64,000 nt of DNA, taken from assembly GCA_965235115.1 (NCBI GenBank), contig OZ249436.1, forward strand, positions 932,001 to 996,000. Direction: 5' to 3'. The stretch's first letter is position 1. Each line of letters opens with the position of its first letter. A program made the translations under genes and the position numbers. Shown one piece after another: positions 50,118 to 64,000 of the stretch. The notes under the pieces are model-generated. The model searched no databases and had not been told where the DNA came from. It saw nothing but the letters and a program-made list of their open reading frames with translations. The stretch comes from Laetmonice hystrix. Its lineage: Eukaryota.

Positions 50118-52294
50118 AGGCTCTCCACTAAGGCGATCATCCGATAAAGCGACAAGCCGATCTTTGCTGTCATCGGATGGAAATCGCTTGGGTGAAGCGA
50201 ACGAACGATATTGAACCGAAAGGCGTCTCCACTGCCTGCTCCACTAAGGCGATCATCCGATAAATCGGAAAGATAAAAATCGCTTGGTGAAGCGAACGAA
50301 CGATACTGAACCGAAAGGCGTCTCCACTGCCCGCCGCGAACATTATCGTTTATCGTTATCGGTGTACCCAATAGCCGCGTCCCCTGGGAACTACTCTGGG
50401 GTTACCCAGCTGCAATTTTGCAGAGGTGGCCAAATATGGCTGTCAAATATGTGGTTACAATTTCAAGAAATTCGGAGACATCAACTTTTTTGCCATTGGT
50501 TCAACATGGAATGACCCACCTGCGAATGTCAAAAAAATGGCTGTATTCATGATACATTAAAGACTGGAAGGAAAGCTAGCACATTACTGATTTTTTTGTC
50601 AACTGTACATATTGTATGTCCTTATTATTTGAAAAAAGTTTGGAGACTGTGCTCTCAATCCCTTTTGTGTGACAATTTTTCATATGTGGGGCCTGATACC
50701 ATATTTTTCATTTTTTTTGCCATTTTTGATAGGACTTCATTAAAAATCTAATCAAAGTTCGAAACTTGTAATATATTTTCTTAAAAGAACTCCCCACAGA
50801 CTATCCATGTGCCAAATTTGAAATAAAAATATTGAAAACTAACTTTTTTAGAGCACTTTAAACTTTCAGAAATATCCATCTCCTCCAAAAAGTCGGATAT
50901 CACTATGCTTAAGGTCAAAGAACTAGGAATTTTTAGCATAAATGAACCATTTTGGATTATGATTATATAGCCTGTAAGCATTCCCTGAAAGTTTTGTGAA
51001 GATCTATAAAGAATTAAAGAAAATATGCCTTTTCAAATGGGAAAAACCCTGTTGCACAGCTAAATATTTTAGGTAAAAATTGGCCAAAACGCCATTTTGG
51101 CACCACTCGTACAGAAACAATATTCCCAGGATGAACCTGTTGTCTTGCATATACCTACCAAGGACAGTAAGTTAATAAAATATGGGAATACTCACTCTTA
51201 TAATTGTGCTGTTATAGGTCCTCAAAATCGGCACAAAAATAAGAGAAACTTAGGTCTGGAAAGGGTCCAAGGGGTGAACAATTTAAAAAGCCATATCTCG
51301 AAAACTATTTGGAGTACAGAAATAAAATTTTGCATTGCCCCATGAATTGGATCAAAGTATTTATGAGTAAAATTTCTTTAAAATCTAAAATCTAATTTAT
51401 CTTCGTCGATGTTGGCGGGGAGGGAAGAGCCAGTGATGGGGGGGGGGGGGGGGTTCAGATCTGGCGCCAATCCACATTCCATGATTATATGAATGGTCCA
51501 ACAAAATTCAGTATTTTTCGGCGCGAAATCGAAATGATATCAAGAAATGTGGATAAAGTGATCCTCGCTGGAGTTGTACTTCACAACTATTGTCGGCGCT
51601 ACCCCGTAGACCTGTACGCCACTGCACAATCTGGACTGACATCGGGCCCCTCCCTTGATGGTTCCGCTCTGATGGCCCATCTCTTCCTTTTTTATGTGCT
51701 ACAGATGCTGCAGTTCGATTTCGAATATTTTTTTTACGCTTTCCATATTCGGTAATGATCGTCTTTCCTTGCACATTTCTTGCTGTTCGAACCATCTTGT
51801 CACGCGGTCATATTTTGTATTGCCGGAAGAAGAATTGTGTCACGTGACATACTTTTAGCGACACCTACAGGTCCTTGCACACACCACTTAGCTGACAAGA
51901 CTAGGCCTAGTGGAAACTGAAGCGAACGCGCCGATCAGCCGATTCAGAACCGAGAACATTAAACAAGTTTAATGTTATCGGTTGGCGGAGCGATCGTGAA
52001 CCGACCTTCAGGCGACCGGGCGATGCTCAACCGAGAACCATCTCCACTAAGGCGAAGTTCGGCTCATGCAGGCGATCTAGAAGCAAACTTTTTCGCTCCT
52101 GTTATCGCTTCAGATTTCGGCTTAGTGGAGACGGGTTTTGCAGTTTAATGTTATCGGTTGGCGAAGCGATCTTCAATCGATCTTCAGGCGACCGGGCGAA
52201 CCTCAACCGAGAACCATCTCCACTAAGGCGATCTAGAAGCGAACTTTTTCGCCCCTGTTATCGCTTCAGATATCGGCTTAGTGGAGAGGGGGCA
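50118..52294. mobile_element. Degenerate PIF/Harbinger DNA transposon relic with an AT-rich interruption (about 50400-51390)
   Basis: Repeated TCTCCACTAAGGCGAT motifs, inverted at the right end (CGGCTTAGTGGAGA) and followed by TTA; transposase fragments FVDVGGEGRASDGG (about 51402-51443) and FSIFRREIEMISRNVDKVILAGVVLHNYCR (about 51507-51596). Confidence 0.7.
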
Positions 52295-52371
52295 TTATGA
52301 TGCGAAACAAAATCAAAGTAGAGGAGTCTACCGTTTTTCAAAATCATGCCGTTCTCCTGTAGCCTACTCAC

Positions 52372-53913
52372 CCATCGTGTTGATCGGGACCCAGCAACAG
52401 AAGTCGACAAACACCAGAAACGTCATTTTGCGTGCTCTCTTCATCTCGCGACCTTTTTGCGCCTGCGATCCCACATTTTTGATTGACTTGTACATCAGGG
52501 TATATGCTCCCCACATGAGTAGGAATATGGTAAAATTGAGCGCGTGGAATATGATGAAAGAATACTCCCATCCAGGGGAGATGTCGGGTGTAATATAGAG
52601 CGCCACACAGACCCCTGACCGCGCGTAAAACTGACCTTTGAAGTACTCGCTTGGCATCATGGGAATGACAAAGAGCATGACGACAGTTGCCCACACTGTC
52701 GCCATGACGACACGCGCTGAGTTCAGCGTTAGATGGTGGGTGGAGAATGGAAAGAGGAGTTTGTGCATGCGATCGCAGGTAACGACGAATAAAGTCAGGA
52801 CTGAGGTTTCACTGGAGACTGCCGAGAGAAATCCTAAAACTTGGCACGTCCAGCTGAGCCGCCATGACGTAGCGTTTTCGATGTACTGACCGCGGTAACG
52901 TGCATCCACCACTCCGATCACTAACATGTAGAACCCCATGAGGAGATCGGCCAGCGCTAGGTTCTTGATGAGATAATTAGGGACGACCAAGTCAAACACG
53001 TGTGTACTTCTCCACGTCAGTACGAACACGTTACCAATGATAGAAATACAGGCTAGGATCCAGATAAAAGCCCTCAGGACCTGGTGACTCATCAGATCCT
53101 CACAGGAAGAAACCTCGTCTTGTTTGGGGAGACATGCAGACGGCGGTAGTGACACAAAACAACAAAACATGTAGTCATCACTCTCAAGATACCGCAGGCC
53201 GCGTAAGTTCTCCAAGTCTCTCTTCAAGAAGTCGATGATCACATTCCGACTCATGTTCAAGTGTTCTAGGTTAGAAAGACCATGAAAAGCGCCATGTTCT
53301 AGGAGTGAGATGTCATTATTTGATATATCCAGGTGAGTTAGACTTTGGAGACGTTTAAAGGTTCCTGACTTTATTACTGTCAGTTGCATGTCACTGAAGT
53401 CCAGTCGGGGCAAACTGACCAGAGACTGGAGAGAGTCGTGAGAGATGAACATTAATGGGTTTCCATCGAGATGTAGCTCATTGAGTTGTCCTAACCCGCT
53501 AAAAACGTCATCCGTTAGAACCCGGATGTCATTCCAGGAGATATCGAGACGCTTCAGGTTGTACTGGGACGCGAAGGGACAGCATGACAGATTATAAATA
53601 CCATTCCAAGACAGACCCAGTTCAATGAGGAAATAAAACGATCGAAAAGTATCATCTGTGATTGTACTCACAGCATTACCAGACAAGTTTAGAGCTCGGG
53701 CAGCTACTGAGACTGACGAAGGTACCCGAACCAATCCGACCTGTGTACACGTGTACGTAAGGCTGTGACATTGGCAACCTTGAGGGCACTCAAGGTCACA
53801 GTAAAGTTCATCGTCACCATGATGACAGTGACGTATGCCATCACAGCGTTGACGGGCAGTTACACAGTTCATGGATCCGCGACACCGTATCATTCCAGGA
53901 CAGGCGTAGGAAT
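52372..53913 (-). CDS. GRL101: GRL101-like GPCR, large exon: last LDLa, LRRNT, LRRs, hinge and TM1-TM6
   Basis: ttag|AT...CDGIRHCHHGDDELYC, LxxLDLSxN-type repeats, SSCEDLM hinge, NLALADLLMG, CDR, CWVP G|gtgagt; 1542 nt. Confidence 0.96.
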
Positions 53914-54080
53914 CTAAGGTGGAGAATGAACTATTATTACTATTATTTAGCACACAAAACTGAGGCAGTTGTCTGAGGGCAGTTTGTCTGGGGAAATTGA
54001 CCTATGAAGGAGAGAGCTGATAATTTTTGATAAGTAAATTGATCTGTTTTGTCTGATTCCGCTTAGATGTGCTAGCTTAC

Positions 54081-54197
54081 AGCAGTCACGTTCGTCCTCG
54101 CCGTTCGGACAGTCAGCGGCGCCGTCACAGACCTTGTAGGCGGCCACGCAGTAACTGGACGGGCACTTGGCCTGTCCCGCGGGACACTGGAAGCCTT
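54081..54197 (-). CDS. GRL101: GRL101-like GPCR, LDLa exon
   Basis: ttgtag|AA GFQCPAGQAKCPSSYCVAAYKVCDGAADCPNGEDERDC T|gtaagc; 117 nt, phase 1-1. Confidence 0.93.
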
Positions 54198-57100
54198 CTA
54201 CAACATCGGACACAAAATTATACCGTGATTTACACTGGAAGTCTTCTACAACATCAGACACAAAATTATACGGTGATGTCATGAACCCTGGAAGTTTTCT
54301 ACAACATCAGACACAGAATTATACGGTGATGGACACTGGAAGTCTTCTACAACATCAGACACAGAATTATACGGTGATGTCATGAACCCTGGAAGTTTTC
54401 TACAACATCAGACACAGAATTATACGGTGATGGACACTGGAAGTCTTCTACAACATCAGACACAAAATTATACGGTGATGGACACTGGAAGTCTTCTACA
54501 ACATCAGACACAGAATTATACCGTGATTTACACTGGAAGTCTTCTACAACATCAGACACAAAGTTATACGGTGATGGACACTGGAAGTCTGCTACAACAT
54601 CAGACACAAAGTTATACGGTGATGGACACTGGAAGTCTGCTACAACATCAGACACAAAATTATACCGTGATTTACACTGGAAGTCTTCTACAACATCGGA
54701 CACAAAATTATACGGTGATGGACACTGGAAGTCTTCTGCAACATCAGACACAAAATTATACGGTGATGGACACTGGAAGTCTTCTACAACATCAGACACA
54801 AAATTATACGGTGATGGACACTGGAAGTCTTCTACAACATGAGACACAAAATTATACGGTGATGGACACTGGAAGTCTTCTACAACATCAGACACAAAAT
54901 TATACGGTGATGGACACTGGAAGTCTTCTACAACATCAGACACAAAATTATACGGTGATGGACACTGGAAGTCTTCTACAACATCAGACACAAAATTATA
55001 CGGTGATGGACACTGGAAGTCTTCTACAACATCAGACACAAAATTATACGGTGATGGACACTGGAAGTCTGCTACAACATCAGACACAGAATTATACGGT
55101 CATGGACACTGGAAGTCTTCTACAACATCAGACACAAAATTATACGGTGATGGACACTGGAAGTCTTCTACAACATCAGACACAAAATTATACGGTGATG
55201 TCATGGACACTGGAAGTCTTCTACAACATCAGACACAGAATTATACGGTGATGGACACTGGAAGTCTTCTACAACATCAGACACAGAATTATACGGTGAT
55301 GGACACTGGAAGTCTTCTACAACATCAGACACAGAATTATACGGTGATGGACACTGGAAGTCTGCTACAACATCAGACACAGAATTATACGGTGATGGAC
55401 ACTGGAAGTCTGCTACAACATCAGACACAGAATTATACGGTGATGTCATGGACACTGGAAGTCTTCTACAACATCAGACACAGAATTATACGGTGATGGA
55501 CACTGGAAGTCTGCTACAACATCAGACACAGAATTATACGGTGATGGACACTGGAAGTCTGCTACAACATCAGACACAGAATTATACGGTGGTGGACACT
55601 GGAAGTCTGCTACAACATCAGACACAGAATTATACGGTGATGGACACTGGAAGTCTGCTACAACATCAGACACAAAGTTATACGGTGATGGACACTGGAA
55701 GTCTTCTACAACATCATACACAAAATTATACGATGATGGACACTGGAAGTCTTCTACAACATCAGACACAGAATTATACGGTGATGGACACTGGAAGTCT
55801 GCTACAACATCAGACACAAAATTATACGGTGATGGACACTGGAAGTCTTCTACAACATCAGACACAAAATTATACGGTGATGGACACTGGAAGTCTTCTA
55901 CAACATCAGACACAAAATTATACCGTGATTTACACTGGAAGTCTTCTACAACATCAGACACAGAATTATACGGTGATGGACACTGGAAGTCTTCTACAAC
56001 ATCAGACACAAAATTATACGGTGATGGACACTGGAAGTCTTCTACAACATCAGACACAAAATTATACGGTGATGGACACTGGAAGTCTTCTACAACATCA
56101 GACACAAAATTATACGGTGATGGACACTGGAAGTCTTCTACAACATCAGACACAAAATTATACCGTGATTTACACTGGAAGTCTTCTACAACATCAGACA
56201 CAGAATTATACGGTGATGGACACTGGAAGTCTTCTACAACATCAGACACAAAATTATACGGTGATGGACACTGGAAGTCTTCTACAACATCAGACACAGA
56301 ATTATACGGTGATGGACACTGGAAGTCTGCTACAACATCAGACACAGAATTATACGGTGATGGACACTGGAAGTCTTCTACAACATCGGACACAGAATTA
56401 TACCGTGATTTACACTGGAAGTCTTCTACAACATCAGACACAAAATTATACGGTGATGGACACTGGAAGTCTTCTACAACATGAGACACAAATTTTATAC
56501 GGTGATGGACACTGGAAGTCTTCTACAACATCAGACACAAATTTTATACGGTGATGGACACTGGAAGTCTTCTACAACATCAGACACAAAATTATACGGT
56601 GATGTCATGAACCCTGGAAGTTTTCTACAACATCAGACACAAAGTTATACGGTGATGGACACTGGAATTCTTCTACAACATCAGACACAGAATTATACCG
56701 TGATTTACACTGGAAGTCTTCTACAACATCAGACACAAAATTATACGGTGATGTCATGAACCCTGGAAGTTTTCTACAACATCAGACACAAAATTATACG
56801 GTGATGGACACTGGAAGTCTTCTACAACATCAGACACAAAATTATACGGTGATGGACACTGGAAGTCTTCTACAACATCAGACACAGAATTATACCGTGA
56901 TTTACACTGGAAGTCTTCTACAACATCAGACACAGAATTATACGGTGATGGACACTGGAAGTCTTCTACAACATCAGACACAGAATTATACCGTGATTTA
57001 CACTGGAAGTCTTCTACAACATCAGACACAAAATTATACGGTGATGGACACTGGAAGTCTTCTACAACATCAGACACAGAATTATACGGTGATGGACACT

Positions 57101-60100
57101 GGAAGTCTTCTACAACATCAGACACAGAATTATACGGTGATGGACACTGGACGTCTTCTACAACATCAGACACAGAATTATACGGTGATGGACACTGGAA
57201 GTCTTCTACAACATCAGACACAAAATTATACGGTGATGGACACTGGAAGTCTTCTACAACATCAGACACAGAATTATACGGTGATGGACACTGGAAGTCT
57301 TCTACAACATCAGACACAGAATTATACGGTGATGGACACTGGAAGTCTTCTACAACATCAGACACAAAATTATACGGTGATGGACACTGGAAGTCTTCTA
57401 CAACATCAGACACAGAATTATACGGTGATGGACACTGGAAGTCTTCTACAACATCAGACACAGAATTATACGGTGATGGACACTGGAAGTCTGCTACAAC
57501 ATCAGACACAGAATTATACGGTGATGGACACTGGAAGTCTGCTACAACATCAGACACAGAATTATACGGTGATGTCATGGACACTGGAAGTCTTCTACAA
57601 CATCAGACACAGAATTATACGGTGATGGACACTGGAAGTCTGCTACAACATCAGACACAGAATTATACGGTGATGGACACTGGAAGTCTGCTACAACATC
57701 AGACACAGAATTATACGGTGGTGGACACTGGAAGTCTGCTACAACATCAGACACAGAATTATACGGTGATGGACACTGGAAGTCTGCTACAACATCAGAC
57801 ACAAAGTTATACGGTGATGGACACTGGAAGTCTTCTACAACATCATACACAAAATTATACGATGATGGACACTGGAAGTCTTCTACAACATCAGACACAG
57901 AATTATACGGTGATGGACACTGGAAGTCTGCTACAACATCAGACACAAAATTATACGGTGATGGACACTGGAAGTCTTCTACAACATCAGACACAAAATT
58001 ATACGGTGATGGACACTGGAAGTCTTCTACAACATCAGACACAAAATTATACCGTGATTTACACTGGAAGTCTTCTACAACATCAGACACAGAATTATAC
58101 GGTGATGGACACTGGAAGTCTTCTACAACATCAGACACAAAATTATACGGTGATGGACACTGGAAGTCTTCTACAACATCAGACACAAAATTATACGGTG
58201 ATGGACACTGGAAGTCTTCTACAACATCAGACACAAAATTATACGGTGATGGACACTGGAAGTCTTCTACAACATCAGACACAAAATTATACCGTGATTT
58301 ACACTGGAAGTCTTCTACAACATCAGACACAGAATTATACGGTGATGGACACTGGAAGTCTTCTACAACATCAGACACAAAATTATACGGTGATGGACAC
58401 TGGAAGTCTTCTACAACATCAGACACAGAATTATACGGTGATGGACACTGGAAGTCTGCTACAACATCAGACACAGAATTATACGGTGATGGACACTGGA
58501 AGTCTTCTACAACATCGGACACAGAATTATACCGTGATTTACACTGGAAGTCTTCTACAACATCAGACACAAAATTATACGGTGATGGACACTGGAAGTC
58601 TTCTACAACATGAGACACAAATTTTATACGGTGATGGACACTGGAAGTCTTCTACAACATCAGACACAAATTTTATACGGTGATGGACACTGGAAGTCTT
58701 CTACAACATCAGACACAAAATTATACGGTGATGTCATGAACCCTGGAAGTTTTCTACAACATCAGACACAAAGTTATACGGTGATGGACACTGGAATTCT
58801 TCTACAACATCAGACACAGAATTATACCGTGATTTACACTGGAAGTCTTCTACAACATCAGACACAAAATTATACGGTGATGTCATGAACCCTGGAAGTT
58901 TTCTACAACATCAGACACAAAATTATACGGTGATGGACACTGGAAGTCTTCTACAACATCAGACACAAAATTATACGGTGATGGACACTGGAAGTCTTCT
59001 ACAACATCAGACACAGAATTATACCGTGATTTACACTGGAAGTCTTCTACAACATCAGACACAGAATTATACGGTGATGGACACTGGAAGTCTTCTACAA
59101 CATCAGACACAGAATTATACCGTGATTTACACTGGAAGTCTTCTACAACATCAGACACAAAATTATACGGTGATGGACACTGGAAGTCTTCTACAACATC
59201 AGACACAGAATTATACGGTGATGGACACTGGAAGTCTTCTACAACATCAGACACAGAATTATACGGTGATGGACACTGGACGTCTTCTACAACATCAGAC
59301 ACAGAATTATACGGTGATGGACACTGGAAGTCTTCTACAACATCAGACACAAAATTATACGGTGATGGACACTGGAAGTCTTCTACAACATCAGACACAG
59401 AATTATACGGTGATGGACACTGGAAGTCTTCTACAACATCAGACACAGAATTATACGGTGATGGACACTGGAAGTCTTCTACAACATCAGACACAAAATT
59501 ATACGGTGATGGACACTGGAAGTCTTCTACAACATCAGACACAGAATTATACGGTGATGGACACTGGAAGTCTTCTACAACATCAGACACAGAATTATAC
59601 GGTGATGGACACTGGAAGTCTTCTACAACATCAGACACAAAATTATACGGTGATGGACACTGGAAGTCTTCTACAACATCAGACACAAAATTATACGGTG
59701 ATGGACACTGGAAGTCTTCTACAACATCAGACACAAAATTATACGGTGATGGACACTGGAAGTCTTCTACAACATGAGACACAAATTTTATACGGTGATG
59801 GACACTGGAAGTCTTCTACAACATCAGACACAAATTTTATACGGTGATGGACACTGGAAGTCTTCTACAACATCAGACACAAAATTATACGGTGATGTCA
59901 TGAACCCTGGAAGTTTTCTACAACATCAGACACAAAGTTATACGGTGATGGACACTGGAATTCTTCTACAACATCAGACACAGAATTATACCGTGATTTA
60001 CACTGGAAGTCTTCTACAACATCAGACACAAAATTATACGGTGATGTCATGAACCCTGGAAGTTTTCTACAACATCAGACACAAAGTTATACGGTGATGG

Positions 60101-62591
60101 ACACTGGAAGTCTTCTACAACATCAGACACAGAATTATACCGTGATTTACACTGGAAGTCTTCTACAACATCAGACACAGAATTATACCGTGATTTACAC
60201 TGGAAGTCTTCTACAACATCAGACACAGAATTATACCGTGATTTACACTGGAAGTCTTCTACAACATCAGACACAGAATTATACGGTGATGGACACTGGA
60301 AGTCTTCTACAACATCAGACACAGAATTATACGGTGATGGACACTGGAAGTCTTCTACAACATCAGACACAAAATTATACGGTGATGGACACTGGAAGTC
60401 TTCTACAACATCAGACACAAAATTATACGGTGATGGACACTGGAAGTCTTCTACAACATCAGACACAAAATTATACCGTGATTTACACTGGAAGTCTTCT
60501 ACAACATCAGACACAGAATTATACGGTGATGGACACTGGAAGTCTTCTACAACATCAGACACAAAATTATACGGTGATGGACACTGGAAGTCTTCTACAA
60601 CATCAGACACAGAATTATACGGTGATGGACACTGGAAGTCTGCTACAACATCAGACACAGAATTATACGGTGATGGACACTGGAAGTCTTCTACAACATC
60701 GGACACAGAATTATACCGTGATTTACACTGGAAGTCTTCTACAACATCAGACACAAAATTATACGGTGATGGACACTGGAAGTCTTCTACAACATGAGAC
60801 ACAAATTTTATACGGTGATGGACACTGGAAGTCTTCTACAACATCAGACACAAATTTTATACGGTGATGGACACTGGAAGTCTTCTACAACATCAGACAC
60901 AAAATTATACGGTGATGTCATGAACCCTGGAAGTTTTCTACAACATCAGACACAAAGTTATACGGTGATGGACACTGGAATTCTTCTACAACATCAGACA
61001 CAGAATTATACCGTGATTTACACTGGAAGTCTTCTACAACATCAGACACAAAATTATACGGTGATGTCATGAACCCTGGAAGTTTTCTACAACATCAGAC
61101 ACAAAATTATACGGTGATGGACACTGGAAGTCTTCTACAACATCAGACACAAAATTATACGGTGATGGACACTGGAAGTCTTCTACAACATCAGACACAG
61201 AATTATACCGTGATTTACACTGGAAGTCTTCTACAACATCAGACACAGAATTATACGGTGATGGACACTGGAAGTCTTCTACAACATCAGACACAGAATT
61301 ATACCGTGATTTACACTGGAAGTCTTCTACAACATCAGACACAAAATTATACGGTGATGGACACTGGAAGTCTTCTACAACATCAGACACAGAATTATAC
61401 GGTGATGGACACTGGAAGTCTTCTACAACATCAGACACAGAATTATACGGTGATGGACACTGGACGTCTTCTACAACATCAGACACAGAATTATACGGTG
61501 ATGGACACTGGAAGTCTTCTACAACATCAGACACAAAATTATACGGTGATGGACACTGGAAGTCTTCTACAACATCAGACACAGAATTATACGGTGATGG
61601 ACACTGGAAGTCTTCTACAACATCAGACACAGAATTATACGGTGATGGACACTGGAAGTCTTCTACAACATCAGACACAAAATTATACGGTGATGGACAC
61701 TGGAAGTCTTCTACAACATCAGACACAGAATTATACGGTGATGGACACTGGAAGTCTTCTACAACATCAGACACAGAATTATACGGTGATGGACACTGGA
61801 AGTCTTCTACAACATCAGACACAAAATTATACGGTGATGGACACTGGAAGTCTTCTACAACATCAGACACAAAATTATACGGTGATGGACACTGGAAGTC
61901 TTCTACAACATCAGACACAAAATTATACGGTGATGGACACTGGAAGTCTTCTACAACATGAGACACAAATTTTATACGGTGATGGACACTGGAAGTCTTC
62001 TACAACATCAGACACAAATTTTATACGGTGATGGACACTGGAAGTCTTCTACAACATCAGACACAAAATTATACGGTGATGTCATGAACCCTGGAAGTTT
62101 TCTACAACATCAGACACAAAGTTATACGGTGATGGACACTGGAATTCTTCTACAACATCAGACACAGAATTATACCGTGATTTACACTGGAAGTCTTCTA
62201 CAACATCAGACACAAAATTATACGGTGATGTCATGAACCCTGGAAGTTTTCTACAACATCAGACACAAAGTTATACGGTGATGGACACTGGAAGTCTTCT
62301 ACAACATCAGACACAGAATTATACCGTGATTTACACTGGAAGTCTTCTACAACATCAGACACAGAATTATACCGTGATTTACACTGGAAGTCTTCTACAA
62401 CATCAGACACAGAATTATACCGTGATTTACACTGGAAGTCTTCTACAACATCAGACACAGAATTATACGGTGATGGACACTGGAAGTCTTCTACAACATC
62501 AGACACAGAATTATACGGTGATGGACACTGGAAGTCTTCTACAACATCGGACACAAAATTATACGGTGACACTGGAGGTCTTCTACAACAT
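54183..62591 (-). repeat. 48-bp minisatellite, about 175 copies, made from the LDLa-exon acceptor; fills almost the whole intron
   Basis: Minus-strand unit CATCACCGTATAATTYTGTGTCTGATGTTGTAG|AAGACTTCCAGTGTC. Confidence 0.97.
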
Positions 62592-62608
62592 ATATGTAAG
62601 ATACTGAC

Positions 62609-62893
62609 CGCAGTTCTCGAGGTGACCAGCGTCCCGGCATCCCAGGATGACTCCATAACGGTCACTGTCATATAAACACCTCCAGTCCTCCGGGTAACGC
62701 TGTGTGTTCTTACATCGAACCGTCTCCGACCCTGGAGAAGGTGGTCGCCTGGAGGACGCCAGAGACACACACATACCTTTATCTTCGTCCTCCTTGTGAG
62801 TTCCGGGACAGTCGACTATGACGTCACAGCGTCGGTCCAATGATATACACGTGCCATCATAACACTGGAAGGTGTGGTCCATGGAACACGTAT
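62609..62893 (-). CDS. GRL101: GRL101-like GPCR, LDLa exon
   Basis: ctcag|AT TCSMDHTFQCYDGTCISLDRRCDVIVDCPG...CLYDSDRYGVILGCRDAGHLENC G|gtcagt; 285 nt, phase 1-1. Confidence 0.92.
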
Positions 62894-63074
62894 CTGAGAG
62901 TAGGAATAAAGACGTTACAATTATGTAGCTTTTATTCTCTAACTGACACACTGACTGCAAAGTGAGTTGACCAGGCAATCCGATAGTGTCACATTATACA
63001 CCTTAAGATTTTCTTACTTTTCTCGCTGAAAGAATAAAAATCGGAATGAAAGAAATCAGCTTGAGGTTAGGTTA

Positions 63075-63628
63075 TACTGAAACAACCCAACAGTTGAACG
63101 GAGTGAGACGTCAAATAATATACCGAAACAACCCAACAGTTGAACGGAGTGAGACGTCAAATAATATACCGAAACAACCCAACAGTTGAACGGAGTGAGA
63201 CATCAAATAATATACCGAAACAACCCAACAGTTGAACGGAGTGAGACGTCAAATAATATACCCAAACAACCCAACAGTTGAACGGAGTGAGACGTCAAAT
63301 AATATACCCAAACAACCCAACAGTTGAACGGAGTGAGACGTCAAATAATATACCCAAACAACCCAACAGTTGAACGGAGTAAGACGTCAAATAATATACC
63401 GAAACAACCCAACAGTTGAACGGAGTGGGACGTCAAATAATATACCGAAACAACCCAACAGTTGAACGGAGTGAGACGTCAAATAATATACCGAAACAAC
63501 CCAACAGTTGAACGGAGTGAGACGTCAAATAATATACCGAAACAACCCAACAGTTGAACGGAGTGAGACGTCAAATAATATACCGAAACAACCCAACAGT
63601 TGAACGGAGTGAGACGTCAAATAATATA
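63075..63628. repeat. 46-bp minisatellite, about 12 copies
   Basis: GAAACAACCCAACAGTTGAACGGAGTGAGACGTCAAATAATATACC repeated. Confidence 0.95.
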
Positions 63629-63778
63629 TTTCGTCAGAGAATACTATTTCCCAATTAAAAGATTATGGTAGGGGCCTAGTACATTTTGTCTGAAACCATG
63701 TGAACCTCCAAGCCACTGAAAGTATCCCCTGTGACTTTGGACCAGAATTCCAGTTCTGTGTTGAGGAGGTGTACTCAC

Positions 63779-63895
63779 CACAGGCCACTTCGTCCGAGGA
63801 GTCTGCGCAGTGAGGCCAAAGGTCACAGCGGTCCTCGCCCCGTATACATACAGCATCCGCACACCGGAACTCGGCGTCTGTACAGTTCGGGAACG
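63779..63895 (-). CDS. GRL101: GRL101-like GPCR, LDLa exon; the gene continues beyond the window
   Basis: ttgcag|CG FPNCTDAEFRCADAVCIRGEDRCDLWPHCADSSDEVAC G|gtgagt; 117 nt, phase 1-1; missed by the ORF track. Confidence 0.92.
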
Positions 63896-64000
63896 CTGCA
63901 AGCGTTCACATCCATACATTATCTACACATAGCGTCCGCACACCGGAACTCGGCGTCTGTAACGTTACAGTTCGTGAACGCTACAACCGTTCACATCCAT

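Noticed and set aside
54380..62607. Long repeat ORFs on both strands
   Set aside because: They lie inside a GT-AG intron of the GPCR, whose flanking exons join in frame without them

Overview
Animal (bilaterian, probably lophotrochozoan; taxon is inference) genomic DNA. By my rough sum, about half the window is tandem repeat from more than 25 unrelated minisatellite families. I assembled two spliced genes by hand, with all GT-AG phases consistent, arranged tail-to-tail. (1) A rhomboid intramembrane serine protease on + (6 coding exons, 27764-41002, 290 aa, intact GASGG and His motifs). (2) The 3' part of a GRL101-like LDLa-LRR-7TM GPCR on - (8 exons in window, 63895 down to 43531), whose cytoplasmic tail looks like a degenerate kinase C-lobe. 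Introns and intergenic DNA hold a 5'-truncated LINE with an uninterrupted RT frame, a PIF/Harbinger relic and several MITEs. The main pattern is that many intronic arrays are amplified copies of the host gene's own splice junctions: about 140 donors after rhomboid exon 2, about 175 acceptors filling an 8.4-kb GPCR intron, and four smaller cases. In each case the copy that restores the conserved protein frame is the exon-adjacent one. Nearly all long ORFs in the supplied track are repeat artefacts.
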